DNA of 64,000 nt, from positions 1 through 64,000 of the IMG/VR virus record IMGVR_UViG_3300032236_000765; one strand, written 5' to 3'. A program made the position numbers and the translations under genes. Shown one piece after another: positions 1 through 8,783 of the stretch. Every line of letters begins with the position of its first letter. Position 1 is the stretch's first letter. Below the pieces are notes generated by a model, which saw only the letters and a list, made by a program, of their open reading frames with translations, was not told the DNA's origin and ran no database searches. The DNA comes from a virus.

Positions 1-1
1 A

Positions 2-736
2 TTAGCAGGAGTATCCATAGGTTCAGGAATCACACTAGGAGCTGGTATTGGTATTAATACAAGTATAGTTCAATCTGGCTTGTTATTGAATTTTGATGCT
101 GCAACTTATTCAGGATCAGGCGATTGGATAGATGGTCATGCAGGGGTTCATGCAACTCCCTATAATAACCCGATATGGAGTTCAGCTAATGGGGGAACGT
201 TTGTATTAAGTGCTCCGTCAGTACAGTATTTCACTGTGCCCTGGCCTACATTCCAACCTACATACACTATAGATATTTGGTTCAATTATACGGGTAATCA
301 ACCAGGAGCAGCCTGTTTAATATCAGATGAATTCATCGGGGCTCCGTTTAATTTTGCCATACAAGCTGCTAGTAATGGAATAAAAACAGGCTGGTATACG
401 ACTAACTGGGACGGGCAATGGGTTCCTAATAATACTTATACACAATATCCGATCGATGGATCTACGTGGTATAACATTATCATGTCCGTAGGCACTACAG
501 AATACAATGACTATCTTAATGGCGCATTAAGCTATGGCCCGGGTAGATACGGTATTGAAATTAATGGGGCACCTAACGGTAGTAGCCCTACTCAGCGATT
601 CTTTATAGGACATCGATGGGATTTACCAGACACAGTAAATGCTAAAATCGCCGTAGTTAACATCTATGATCGTGCTTTGTCACAAGCTGAAGTGATGCAA
701 AACTTTAATTATTATCGCAGAAGGTTCAACGTATGA
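2..736 (+). CDS. LamG/concanavalin-A-like domain virion protein (5'-truncated by window edge)
   Basis: Frame is open from nt 2 (LAGVSIGSGITLG...IVQSGLLLNFDAA); C-terminal KIAVVNIYDRALSQAEVMQNF is typical of phage LamG-like domains. Confidence 0.7.
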   Translation, partial: LAGVSIGSGITLGAGIGINTSIVQSGLLLNFDAATYSGSGDWIDGHAGVHATPYNNPIWSSANGGTFVLSAPSVQYFTVPWPTFQPTYTIDIWFNYTGNQPGAACLISDEFIGAPFNFAIQAASNGIKTGWYTTNWDGQWVPNNTYTQYPIDGSTWYNIIMSVGTTEYNDYLNGALSYGPGRYGIEINGAPNGSSPTQRFFIGHRWDLPDTVNAKIAVVNIYDRALSQAEVMQNFNYYRRRFNV

Positions 737-1569
737 TTAAACAACCATATATCGATGAGACTCAAGATCCAGGTGTATCACATAAAATCACACCCACACC
801 TAGCAATCCTACTATTAGTATTCCTAAATATCATTGGGTAACAGATAAACCTGATTCACGCGATTATGCATATGTACCAAATGCTATCACCCCACCTTCA
901 GTAGTTGATCTCAGGAGTCTATATGGTACTCCTGTAGAAAATCAAGGAAATCTAGGAAGCTGCACTGGTAATGCTATCGCAGAAGCAATCGAAATGATTG
1001 ATCGAAAGAACGGTAAGAACACTGAAGTCAGCAGACTGTTCATCTACTATTATGAACGCCTGCTAGAGGGCACAGTGAGCTATGACAGCGGTGCTTATAT
1101 CAGAGACGGTATCAAAGCATGTTACACCTACGGTGCGCCCCTAGAGTCATTGTGGCCATACAATATATCTAGATTCAGAACTCCTCCTTCAAGTGCAGCA
1201 GTGCAAGATGCTGCTAGACGCAAGGTAACGCTCTATGAACGTGCAGCAGATTTTAATGCATGTATCAATGCTTTAGCTAACGGATACCCTGTTGTCATCG
1301 GCTTTACGGTTTACAGCAGCTTTGAAAGCGGCAATTGGTGGTACACATCTGCTAACATGCCCTATCCTAATACACGTACTGAAAGGATCCTAGGAGGACA
1401 TGCTGTGCTTCTAGTGGGATATAACAACAATACACAAAGATTCATCGTGAAGAACAGTTGGGGAACTAACTGGGGAGATAATGGATACTTTTACATGCCG
1501 TACCAGGTGATTCAGAATACTAACATGAGTAGTGACTTCTGGGTGATAAAGAATGTCAATAACCCATAA
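733..1569 (+). CDS. Papain-like (C1A) cysteine peptidase
   Basis: QGNLGSCTGNA (oxyanion Gln, catalytic Cys), GGHAVLLVGY (His), KNSWG (Asn). Confidence 0.93.
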   Translation: MIKQPYIDETQDPGVSHKITPTPSNPTISIPKYHWVTDKPDSRDYAYVPNAITPPSVVDLRSLYGTPVENQGNLGSCTGNAIAEAIEMIDRKNGKNTEVSRLFIYYYERLLEGTVSYDSGAYIRDGIKACYTYGAPLESLWPYNISRFRTPPSSAAVQDAARRKVTLYERAADFNACINALANGYPVVIGFTVYSSFESGNWWYTSANMPYPNTRTERILGGHAVLLVGYNNNTQRFIVKNSWGTNWGDNGYFYMPYQVIQNTNMSSDFWVIKNVNNP

Positions 1570-1577
1570 CGCTTATG

Positions 1578-1607
1578 AAAAAGTCCCCATTGCAGGGGAC
1601 TTTTTTT
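1578..1607. terminator. Bidirectional intrinsic terminator
   Basis: AAAAAGTCCCC-ATTGCA-GGGGACTTTTTTT between convergent genes. Confidence 0.85.
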
Positions 1608-1806
1608 ATTCTTTTGGAATTGTTTCGATTTCTTGTAACATAGTCAAGACCTCAGTCAATTCTTTTGCAACGAGTTTGACCCTAGTCCATTCATCAGTCA
1701 CATCACGACCGGTCACCTCTACCATGTAGGCGTTATCATAGAAATAGATAGTGACAGAATCAGCTACCTTTACCACCTTATCGCCGAATTTAGTAATCTT
1801 AGCCAT
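1606..1806 (-). CDS. Hypothetical protein
   Basis: 66-aa ORF overlapping the stop of the upstream gene. Confidence 0.7.
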   Translation of the reverse strand: MAKITKFGDKVVKVADSVTIYFYDNAYMVEVTGRDVTDEWTRVKLVAKELTEVLTMLQEIETIPKE

Positions 1807-2161
1807 TCACAGCCTCAAGCACATCTTCTACCGTGATGTCCTTGCGAGCGCGAGACTTGATTTCCTCAAGCGATAGCTTGGCTTTGACACGAACCTGACC
1901 CTTGCTAGCTTCATATTCCTTATCAACTAGCGTATCTTCAATGGTAGCTTGATCCGCAGCAGATGAGTATTCCTTGCAAGTAAGCATATACTTGAGAGCT
2001 TCGATCTTGGTCATCTCATTCGGCAACTCAATGAAATCACACCGAGTAGCTCCACCCTTTGTAAACTGCTTTACACGGCGAACCATGTCATCAGTAAAAC
2101 GAACCTTAGCATTTCCATTATGGACAGTAATACCAACAACCTTAAAAGTCTGTGCAGTCAT
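1799..2161 (-). CDS. Hypothetical phage protein (start revised to MTAQTF)
   Basis: AGGAGA Shine-Dalgarno before ATG at 2161; promoter at 2202-2230 lies inside the longer predicted ORF. Confidence 0.75.
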   Translation of the reverse strand: MTAQTFKVVGITVHNGNAKVRFTDDMVRRVKQFTKGGATRCDFIELPNEMTKIEALKYMLTCKEYSSAADQATIEDTLVDKEYEASKGQVRVKAKLSLEEIKSRARKDITVEDVLEAVNG

Positions 2162-2201
2162 AATAGTCTCCTTTAAACAACGTGCGAAATTGCACAATAA
2201 C

Positions 2202-2230
2202 AATATAGCAAAAGCGGGCACCTAAGTCAA
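2202..2230 (-). promoter_or_regulatory. Sigma70-type early promoter
   Basis: TTGACT-N17-TATATT. Confidence 0.8.
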
Positions 2231-2252
2231 AGACTTAGATACCCTAACCGCT

Positions 2253-2399
2253 TTAGCAGGCGTTTGCCCCTTCAGAAATCAAAGCCGAACCGTATATAGC
2301 TCGTGCTTGCTGATACGCAATAAAAGGATTCGGTGCTTGGATAGTTACCTTCATAGGATATCCACCCGAATTCTTAATAAAGACCCAATACATATTCAT
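2253..2399 (-). CDS. Small hypothetical protein (48 aa, MNMYWVFIKNSGG...)
   Basis: Below the ORF-track cut-off; GGAGA SD; fills the gap between genes. Confidence 0.6.
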   Translation of the reverse strand: MNMYWVFIKNSGGYPMKVTIQAPNPFIAYQQARAIYGSALISEGANAC

Positions 2400-2410
2400 C
2401 GTGTTTCTCC

Positions 2411-2764
2411 TTACTTTGCTTCGACGACATAGTGGTTATTCCACTTACCAATGTTGACATCAACATAGTAAGCGATATCAAAATAATCAATCTCAGAGCG
2501 GGTATTGTTGTACCAACCAGCGCTCCTGAGAGCAGCAAACGCTTCGGTCAGGAAGTCCTTAGCGACACCTTCGTAGTGTTCGTGGAACCAGTAGGGGTTG
2601 ACCTGGTCACGAGTAGAACCAAAGTCAATCTTGCCTGACTTGAGAGTCAGAACGATAACAGAATTATCCCGAACCCGAAGGGTGCCCTTGACACCGTACT
2701 TCTTGAGGACCGGCTTCAGATTAGCCGCGATGATCGACTTGCGCTCTTGATCCATATAAGCCAT
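2411..2764 (-). CDS. Early hypothetical protein
   Basis: ACGGAGA SD, own early promoter, GC-richer codon usage. Confidence 0.8.
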   Translation of the reverse strand: MAYMDQERKSIIAANLKPVLKKYGVKGTLRVRDNSVIVLTLKSGKIDFGSTRDQVNPYWFHEHYEGVAKDFLTEAFAALRSAGWYNNTRSEIDYFDIAYYVDVNIGKWNNHYVVEAK

Positions 2765-2796
2765 TTTGTGTCTCCGTTGATTCAGTTTATGTTTGT

Positions 2797-2825
2797 AATG
2801 TAGCGGAAAGGGTATCCGAAGTCAA
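2797..2825 (-). promoter_or_regulatory. Early promoter (conserved-spacer class)
   Basis: TTGACT-tcggataccctttccgc-TACATT. Confidence 0.85.
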
Positions 2826-2840
2826 CCGGTTTTTTACCGA

Positions 2841-3275
2841 TTATGCTGCCTTTTCCATATATTCGCAGACATAATCTTCACGCCCGCCGTTCAAAAGCAT
2901 AGTGTATCCTTCATGCTTACCTTCATAGCCCGGCTGCCAGTAATCCTCAGCCTTCACGTACCGCTTGGCGGTCCACTTGCCGTCTACATAAGCCAGTTCG
3001 AACGGGGTCTCCCACTCTTCGCCGGCTTGGGCATCGTCCTCAACCACGCGGTAATCGACAATATATTCCTTAGAATAGTCGCTGCTGTATTCGAGCAGAC
3101 CGGTGAGGGTAGGAATACCATCCCGTTCAATACGGGCCTGCTGAGCAGGAGTAATGCCGGGGACAACATAGGTGCTGCCGCCCTTGAACTTCCAACGCTG
3201 CGGGCATTCGTCCTTACCGTCCCAAGTATGAGCGCCGTAGTTTTCGCAGTACTGAGTGTCGATCACGAGCTTCAT
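2841..3275 (-). CDS. Early hypothetical protein
   Basis: ACGGAGA SD, own early promoter; ENYGAH...WKFKGG motif. Confidence 0.8.
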   Translation of the reverse strand: MKLVIDTQYCENYGAHTWDGKDECPQRWKFKGGSTYVVPGITPAQQARIERDGIPTLTGLLEYSSDYSKEYIVDYRVVEDDAQAGEEWETPFELAYVDGKWTAKRYVKAEDYWQPGYEGKHEGYTMLLNGGREDYVCEYMEKAA

Positions 3276-3307
3276 AGTTTTGTCTCCGTTTCATCAGCTT
3301 ATGATTC

Positions 3308-3336
3308 ATAATAGCGGAATGGGTAACCGAAGTCAA
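3308..3336 (-). promoter_or_regulatory. Early promoter (conserved-spacer class)
   Basis: TTGACT-tcggttacccattccgc-TATTAT. Confidence 0.85.
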
Positions 3337-3384
3337 TCCTTTTTTTGCCAAAAAATCATTTTTCTTTCCAGGCTTTCCATAGGA

Positions 3385-3415
3385 ATCTCCCGATTCAGAG
3401 ACTGAATCGGGAGAT
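3385..3415. terminator. Strong hairpin/terminator after the cell-wall hydrolase gene
   Basis: 14-bp perfect stem ATCTCCCGATTCAG/CTGAATCGGGAGAT. Confidence 0.65.
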
Positions 3416-3438
3416 ATTTTTATATGGATTTTACGTGT

Positions 3439-4077
3439 TTATATACTCACGTAAAAGATATGAGCCCCAATACGGGCTAAACGCTCAACGTGTCTCCAAT
3501 GAGGATTTACGTAATCTGCGTGATAGTAGAGAGCATCTTCCATTCCCTTGACACGTTTGCCATTTAACATATCAAGTGCGATCTGTTTGGCTTTTCTCCA
3601 TTCAGGTCCGCTTGGAATTGACCATCTGATATCCTGATCGTTAGCCCAAGAAAATTGATTTTCGGCTAACACAACATCACAGATGCTACCTTCAAACTTA
3701 GGATCTTTTGTTCGGTTAAGAGTAACCTGCGCAACAGCATATCTACCCTTTATCGGTTCGGAGCCCGCTTCATGGTAAATATTTTTTGCTAAACAAAATA
3801 AGTCTGTTTTTTTATAATTAATTTTTTCTCCGGTATCGACAACTTCTAAGAATTTAGCCTTATCATATGCTATCTTTAGTTGTTGTTCTCTAGTGAGAAC
3901 CGGAGTACTCGTAATTGGTTTTTTTACGATTCTAATCTCAGGGTTGGCTTTCGGTGAAACGTTAGCATGAGTCCCTGTTGTTACTACATCCCATATAAAA
4001 ACCATAAAAAGAATTACGGATAAGACTTTCCATGTCTTGGATACTATATTGGTATCCATCAAATGAGAATTATACAT
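3439..4077 (-). CDS. Cell wall hydrolase, SleB/Hydrolase_2 family, N-terminal membrane anchor
   Basis: CLAKNIYHEA..E..G..AVAQVTLNR, ICDVV..QFSW, ALYYHADYVNPHW, IGAHIFY. Confidence 0.9.
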   Translation of the reverse strand: MYNSHLMDTNIVSKTWKVLSVILFMVFIWDVVTTGTHANVSPKANPEIRIVKKPITSTPVLTREQQLKIAYDKAKFLEVVDTGEKINYKKTDLFCLAKNIYHEAGSEPIKGRYAVAQVTLNRTKDPKFEGSICDVVLAENQFSWANDQDIRWSIPSGPEWRKAKQIALDMLNGKRVKGMEDALYYHADYVNPHWRHVERLARIGAHIFYVSI

Positions 4078-4379
4078 TTTATTTCCTTAATTAGGCCGCC
4101 TCACGATTCTCTAAGTAGTGTTGCCTCAAGATTGAGATACTTAGAAATCTGCTAAAGTAGCACTTCCGATAAAATGCTCTTAAAAGGAAAAACCGCAAGT
4201 GAATGCGGTTCACGTTTCTTTTGATTGCATACTATCAGCAATTAACTGAAATATCAGTTAATAAAGACCTTCAGTGAGCAAGCTCAAATCTGATCTCTTT
4301 TGTCAGAATTCTCACAACTGACAATGTATTTAGCAAGGAATGACCCTGCAAAAATACTTATATTTAAAACCTCAATTCG

Positions 4380-4679
4380 TTACATCGTAAATTCTACACG
4401 ATTCACCGAACGAAGCGTGAAGCTACGCCAAGCCTTTGCTTCCAGATCATATACAGCTATAATATTATCATTGGTTGCTTTCTTGCGTTTGGATTCCGTG
4501 CCCTCTGAGATAGGAGTCGGAGGAAGCATATCTGGATTCAATGTACAATTCATGATCCGTTCAGTACCATCCTTCTTAGTGAAAGTGACGGTCACTGTCC
4601 CGAGCTTTAGTGTGTCCTTCAACCAAGGACCGAATGCTTCCCAATCCTTTTCAGTCATGTTAGTCTTTAGCTGGTTCAT
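4380..4679 (-). CDS. SH3/WYL-like beta-barrel protein (T4 gp30.3-like)
   Basis: VTFTKKDGTERIMNCTL...VYDLEAKAWRSF motif; start revised because the longer ORF overlaps the upstream gene. Confidence 0.7.
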   Translation of the reverse strand: MNQLKTNMTEKDWEAFGPWLKDTLKLGTVTVTFTKKDGTERIMNCTLNPDMLPPTPISEGTESKRKKATNDNIIAVYDLEAKAWRSFTLRSVNRVEFTM

Positions 4680-4980
4680 TGATTTGTTCTTCCCAAATTG
4701 TAAAAAAGTTTTTGATCTTCTTTTCTTCAGACCAAATTGCACCATATTCGTTGAGTTCATCACAAAGGGCAAGAGCTTCTTCCTTAGACACCACACGGTG
4801 ACTGAGGACAATATCAGTAGGACGTAAGTGTTCCTGACTGAATTCTTTAGCCTCTTCCATTGCAATACTGTCTAGTGCATATTCAGTTTTACCTTTAGGC
4901 ACTTCTACTACATAGCTTATTTTGAATTGAGAGAGGGTTTCAACTAATACCCATTCAGTTTCTTCAGTTTGTGCTTCCAT
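4660..4980 (-). CDS. Hypothetical phage protein
   Basis: Acidic 106-aa ORF in operon. Confidence 0.75.
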   Translation of the reverse strand: MEAQTEETEWVLVETLSQFKISYVVEVPKGKTEYALDSIAMEEAKEFSQEHLRPTDIVLSHRVVSKEEALALCDELNEYGAIWSEEKKIKNFFTIWEEQINEPAKD

Positions 4981-5008
4981 ATCTCAGTATCCTAACAAAA
5001 GTGATCTT

Positions 5009-5302
5009 TTACATCGAATGCTTGAAAAAGTCGTGGTTGATTTCTGCCAAGGTGTCATCAATGCTGAACTTGTAAACATACCTAAACATTAGATATAGAA
5101 TCGGTAGTTGTACAAACACATAGAATATCATATAGAAAGCATACAATGCACAAATCCACCAGGCCCATCCTACCACAGAAACCAAAGTGCCTTCGATAAA
5201 AATCTTAGCCCAAAGAACATTATGCATGGCTTCACTGATTATAAACACTGTGATCAAAAGACACAGCAAAGATAAGCAGAAATGTTGAATGATTGATTTC
5301 AC
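5009..5302 (-). CDS. Small membrane protein
   Basis: Two to three hydrophobic segments; GTGA overlap with upstream stop. Confidence 0.65.
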   Translation of the reverse strand: MKSIIQHFCLSLLCLLITVFIISEAMHNVLWAKIFIEGTLVSVVGWAWWICALYAFYMIFYVFVQLPILYLMFRYVYKFSIDDTLAEINHDFFKHSM

Positions 5303-5748
5303 GGCTTATCTCCAGGCGTTAAGCGGACATAGAGAGGTTCAATACGACAATCTGTCATGACTTCTGCAATCTCCTCAGCACGGTGCAGACTATCGACTAC
5401 ATCCGTTCCCTCTCGACCTTCATAGATACCAGTGACACGGTACCCGGCAATCTCAAATCCATCAAGGTTATTACATTCAGCAAGCTGGGCCTCAAGCTGA
5501 TTGACCCGCGCTCTGAAGGCGTAGTGCGTGTCGATTTTGTTGAACCGCATGCGGTCTTCGGTCTCGCCAAGCTGGGCAGTCAGGCGGGCGACCTCCTCGC
5601 GGTAGGCATTGACCACGCGCTCAGCCTTTATGGGGCCAAGGCGGAAGCACCGGCACCCGCCGTTGGTGTGCATCCCCGGTCGGACATAGACCTTGCAGTT
5701 GCCGTCCCCGCAGCCACCAATCTGTTCTAGGTGTTCGTTTAAGGTCAT
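5299..5748 (-). CDS. Hypothetical protein with Cys/His cluster (GC-rich)
   Basis: GCGDGNC...GMHTNGGCRC; ATGA overlap with upstream gene. Confidence 0.7.
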   Translation of the reverse strand: MTLNEHLEQIGGCGDGNCKVYVRPGMHTNGGCRCFRLGPIKAERVVNAYREEVARLTAQLGETEDRMRFNKIDTHYAFRARVNQLEAQLAECNNLDGFEIAGYRVTGIYEGREGTDVVDSLHRAEEIAEVMTDCRIEPLYVRLTPGDKP

Positions 5749-6008
5749 TCTGTACCTCCAAGGGCACGGCGGGCGACGCTGTAGGCGTTTGTGACAGGTG
5801 CCGGATAATCCTCGCCGGGAACGCCAAGTTCGTTCATCACTATGGTCAGCGCCTCCCGCAGCCTTGCGTTCTCAGCCTCTGCTTCACGGAGAGCGTCGAT
5901 GAGCTGCCCAATAAGTGCCCCACATTTGTTCATGCCCGTGGTTTCATCAGGGTCCATCATGAATGCTGCGACTTTAGTGGCGTCAGCAATAAGTTCTTCG
6001 TTAGTCAT
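5745..6008 (-). CDS. Hypothetical coiled-coil protein (GC-rich)
   Basis: GGAGG SD; EAENARLREAL. Confidence 0.7.
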   Translation of the reverse strand: MTNEELIADATKVAAFMMDPDETTGMNKCGALIGQLIDALREAEAENARLREALTIVMNELGVPGEDYPAPVTNAYSVARRALGGTE

Positions 6009-6081
6009 TGCATGTTTCCTCCGTTTTCGTAATTTATAATAGCATATTCGCTATCGATGTCAACCGAAATATATTGATTTC

Positions 6082-6684
6082 TTACATTGCAACCGGACCG
6101 TTGCCGTTTCTAAAACCAACTTTACCGCCCTGTTCTTCAATTCGCTTGATAACTTCTTCGAATAGAATAGGCTTGAAGTCAGTGTGCTCAACACACACTG
6201 AGAAATAGTCAGGATCGATTTTGTCACTGTATAGTATTTCTCCGGTCTCATCATCAACACCGCATATCAAACGAACACGATTACCATGAGTATGACCGTG
6301 AATATTGCACCCGAAACGGGCGATACTGTCCTTGCTCACAGGAATGTGAGACAGGATACATCCGTTCATGACATGGTACGCACGGATATCACGGAAGTAC
6401 TTCATGTAGTCAGCCAAGCTAAAGATATCATGATTGCCCTTGATCAGGACTTTGTCACCATTCAGCCGGTCTAGGATTTGTAGGCTCTTGCGGTTGATGA
6501 CAACATCACCGAGATGGTAGACCTTGTCCTTAGGACCGACAGTCTCGTTCCATCGCTTCACCATTTCTTCATCCATCTCTTCAACATCATCCCATGGACG
6601 TACAGGAGTTCCATCATAATTGGTGAACTTGCAGATATTAGCGTGACCGAAATGGGTATCACTTGTTAGAAAAACGGATGGCAT
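6082..6684 (-). CDS. Calcineurin-like metallophosphoesterase
   Basis: SDTHFGH, HLGD, GNHD, SHIP, HGHTH motifs; AGGAG SD before ATG 6684. Confidence 0.92.
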   Translation of the reverse strand: MPSVFLTSDTHFGHANICKFTNYDGTPVRPWDDVEEMDEEMVKRWNETVGPKDKVYHLGDVVINRKSLQILDRLNGDKVLIKGNHDIFSLADYMKYFRDIRAYHVMNGCILSHIPVSKDSIARFGCNIHGHTHGNRVRLICGVDDETGEILYSDKIDPDYFSVCVEHTDFKPILFEEVIKRIEEQGGKVGFRNGNGPVAM

Positions 6685-6755
6685 ACAAAACTCCTTATGT
6701 TTCATATTATATATATCTTGAATAATTGTCAAGTGTTTTCTGCATAAATATTTGA

Positions 6756-7196
6756 ATGATGAGATTGATTACCTTTGAACAAATCTATCCCATATGGGCA
6801 AATCATCTATGGCCTGATAGAAAGAGTGAGATCACGCCTAACAGCGCAATGTGCTTTCTAGAAGGATATGACCTAGTCAATATGGAAATGACTCCTATAT
6901 TCTTCGCGTACCTGATCGACGGGGAGATTGCAGGAGTCAATAGCGGTCATATGTGCAAGGACCTCGAATACCGCTCAAGAGGTCTATTTGTGTTCGAACA
7001 GTTTAGGGGAATGGGAATTGGTAAAGCATTGCTTCTTGCAACGATAGATCAAGCAAGGCAAGAGGATGCTAAATTCTGTTGGAGCTATCCAAGAGAGACA
7101 AGCTGGAAGACATATGAGAGTGCAGGGTTCTTTTTAGTATCTGACTTCAAGCCCGATGAGAATGGCAATAATGCCTTCTGCAAGATTAATCTTTAG
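6756..7196 (+). CDS. GNAT-family acetyltransferase
   Basis: LFVFEQFRGMGIGKALL acetyl-CoA motif A; YESAGF. Confidence 0.85.
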   Translation: MMRLITFEQIYPIWANHLWPDRKSEITPNSAMCFLEGYDLVNMEMTPIFFAYLIDGEIAGVNSGHMCKDLEYRSRGLFVFEQFRGMGIGKALLLATIDQARQEDAKFCWSYPRETSWKTYESAGFFLVSDFKPDENGNNAFCKINL

Positions 7197-7681
7197 TACC
7201 AGATACCTTCGAATCTCATTCGCTTGATGAATGAGAGATAATTGCTGATCACTCCGTAGCAACGAAACTTCACTGTACTCAGCAATCCTCTATCTGGATT
7301 CTCAGGAATAAACATGATACTGTTCGTGTCGATAGGCACATTACCTGGTACAATGGTTTGCCCACCGCTTGTAGTAGGAGTGTTTGATTCAGTATCGTTA
7401 GAAAATTGGAAATAGTTCGGATATGATTTAAGAGGTTGACCCTGCAACCATGTATACATATCATCATTTCTAGCATTGATCCAAAAGCGATTGCCTTGCA
7501 AATATACATCTGTCACCGGTGTGACAGGTTCATCATTTCCTAGATAGATTTGACCATTGATACGCCATGCATCAACCATACATGAAAAGCCGTGGTTGAA
7601 TGCAGTCCCGATTTGGTCAGGGGTGTTGGCACCTTGAAAATTTGTGCCATCATAGATTCCTCTGTACGATATGTAGATCAT
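7193..7681 (-). CDS. Glycerophosphodiesterase/PLC-like fold protein, catalytic His apparently lost
   Basis: ISYRG...NTP...MVD.W...LGND aligns by eye to the ISHRG..EN.P..EVD.W..LGHD pattern. Confidence 0.55.
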   Translation of the reverse strand: MIYISYRGIYDGTNFQGANTPDQIGTAFNHGFSCMVDAWRINGQIYLGNDEPVTPVTDVYLQGNRFWINARNDDMYTWLQGQPLKSYPNYFQFSNDTESNTPTTSGGQTIVPGNVPIDTNSIMFIPENPDRGLLSTVKFRCYGVISNYLSFIKRMRFEGIWY

Positions 7682-7693
7682 AACGTATTTATC

Positions 7694-7808
7694 TTATAGA
7701 CGCATGAGTCCTGCAAAGCTGGATAGGCATTTATCGGTTTTACCAGCAGTTCATCATGCATAACACTATATGCCGTCCCCGGATTATTCCATATAATGTT
7801 GTCTATAA
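7694..7808 (-). ncRNA. Candidate structured RNA (three-way junction) 3' of tRNA-Gly
   Basis: Stems TTATAGAC/GTCTATAA, AACATTATATG/CATATAGTGTT, GCATGA/TCATGC, GCTGG/CCAGC. Confidence 0.5.
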
Positions 7809-7811
7809 CTT

Positions 7812-7885
7812 TGGAGCGGATAACGAGAATCGAACTCGTGCGTAAACCTTGGCAAGGTTTCAGGCTACCATTACATCATATCCGC
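7812..7885 (-). tRNA. tRNA-Gly(GCC)
   Basis: Cloverleaf, loop TTGCCAA, U73, encoded CCA. Confidence 0.95.
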
Positions 7886-7893
7886 ATTAATTT

Positions 7894-7967
7894 TGGAGCG
7901 GCATAAGGGAATCGAACCCTTCTAATCAGCTTGGAAGGCTGGAGCATTACCACTATGCTAATGCCGC
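7894..7967 (-). tRNA. tRNA-Gly(TCC)
   Basis: Loop CTTCCAA, U73, CCA. Confidence 0.95.
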
Positions 7968-7974
7968 ATTTAAC

Positions 7975-8052
7975 TGGGAGCAGGGGATGGATTTGAACCA
8001 CCGTCCTCTTGGGTATGAACCAAGCAAGCTGACCTAACTGCTCCACCCTGCT
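7975..8052 (-). tRNA. tRNA-Met(CAT), initiator-like
   Basis: Loop TTCATAC; A11-U24 and TTCAAAT T-loop as in fMet tRNA; A1-U72, C73. Confidence 0.85.
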
Positions 8053-8118
8053 ACTATTTTCTTACTATATATAGTCCTTTATACAATGTCAAGAACTTTT
8101 TGTTTATTCTCAAAATAT

Positions 8119-8194
8119 TGGCGACTCCTACGGGTTTCGATCCCGTTGCCTCTGACGTGACAGGCCAGTGTTCTCCCGATTGAACTAAGGAGCC
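8119..8194 (-). tRNA. tRNA-Asp(GTC)
   Basis: Loop CTGTCAC, G73, CCA; T-loop ATCGAAA. Confidence 0.93.
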
Positions 8195-8199
8195 GTTAT

Positions 8200-8276
8200 T
8201 GGTAGCAGCAAGAGGATTCGAACCTCTGACATCCAGAATATGAGTCTAGTGCTCTAACCAGCTGAGCTATGCTGCC
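8200..8276 (-). tRNA. tRNA-Met(CAT), probably elongator
   Basis: Loop CTCATAT, A73, CCA. Confidence 0.9.
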
Positions 8277-8283
8277 TCAATAA

Positions 8284-8679
8284 TCAATTCAAATGGTTGA
8301 TTAGTGCTTCCTTGCGACAGTCTACGCTTTCGCTATAGTACCCGTTTGAGGTACCGTAAAAACGAATAGTCACATATCCCTTGTATGTTGCGAAGTTGTA
8401 GAAGGTCCATGTATAGCTATCTTCACTTTCACTCAGCGGGTCTTCGTCTGCATTATGGACTTCATTAGCGATCAGCAACGGCCAACCTTCTAAATCTTCC
8501 AGGTCACCTGTGATATCCTCTACATATACACTTTCACAACAATCTCGCCGATGATAAAGTACATACCGTACCTCATCATTTTCAAAGATGACTTCATCTT
8601 TTTCTTCTGTCATCCAGACACGTTTGAAAGTCTGGCCGAACATTTCTGATACTTCAACATGTGTGTCTTGCCAACCCAT
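8284..8679 (-). CDS. Conserved hypothetical phage protein
   Basis: YH..DCCESV.VEDI.GDL...YTWTFY..AT.KGYVTIR.YGTSNGYYSE. Confidence 0.85.
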   Translation of the reverse strand: MGWQDTHVEVSEMFGQTFKRVWMTEEKDEVIFENDEVRYVLYHRRDCCESVYVEDITGDLEDLEGWPLLIANEVHNADEDPLSESEDSYTWTFYNFATYKGYVTIRFYGTSNGYYSESVDCRKEALINHLN

Positions 8680-8701
8680 CGTCTTTACTCTTGCTAGTGT
8701 T

Positions 8702-8777
8702 TGGTAGGCGAAGCCGGACTCGAACCGACAACTATTCTGTTATGAGCAGAAGGTTCCACCAATTGAACTATTCGCCT
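8702..8777 (-). tRNA. tRNA(CAT), Ile2 (lysidine) or Met
   Basis: Loop CTCATAA, A73, CCA; third CAT tRNA in the cluster. Confidence 0.85.
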
Positions 8778-8783
8778 TTAATT

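Noticed and set aside
7694-7808. Theta/HDV-like or hammerhead ribozyme after the tRNA
   Set aside because: Could not fit the nested double pseudoknot or the CUGANGA/GAAA core by eye, and the tRNA already encodes CCA
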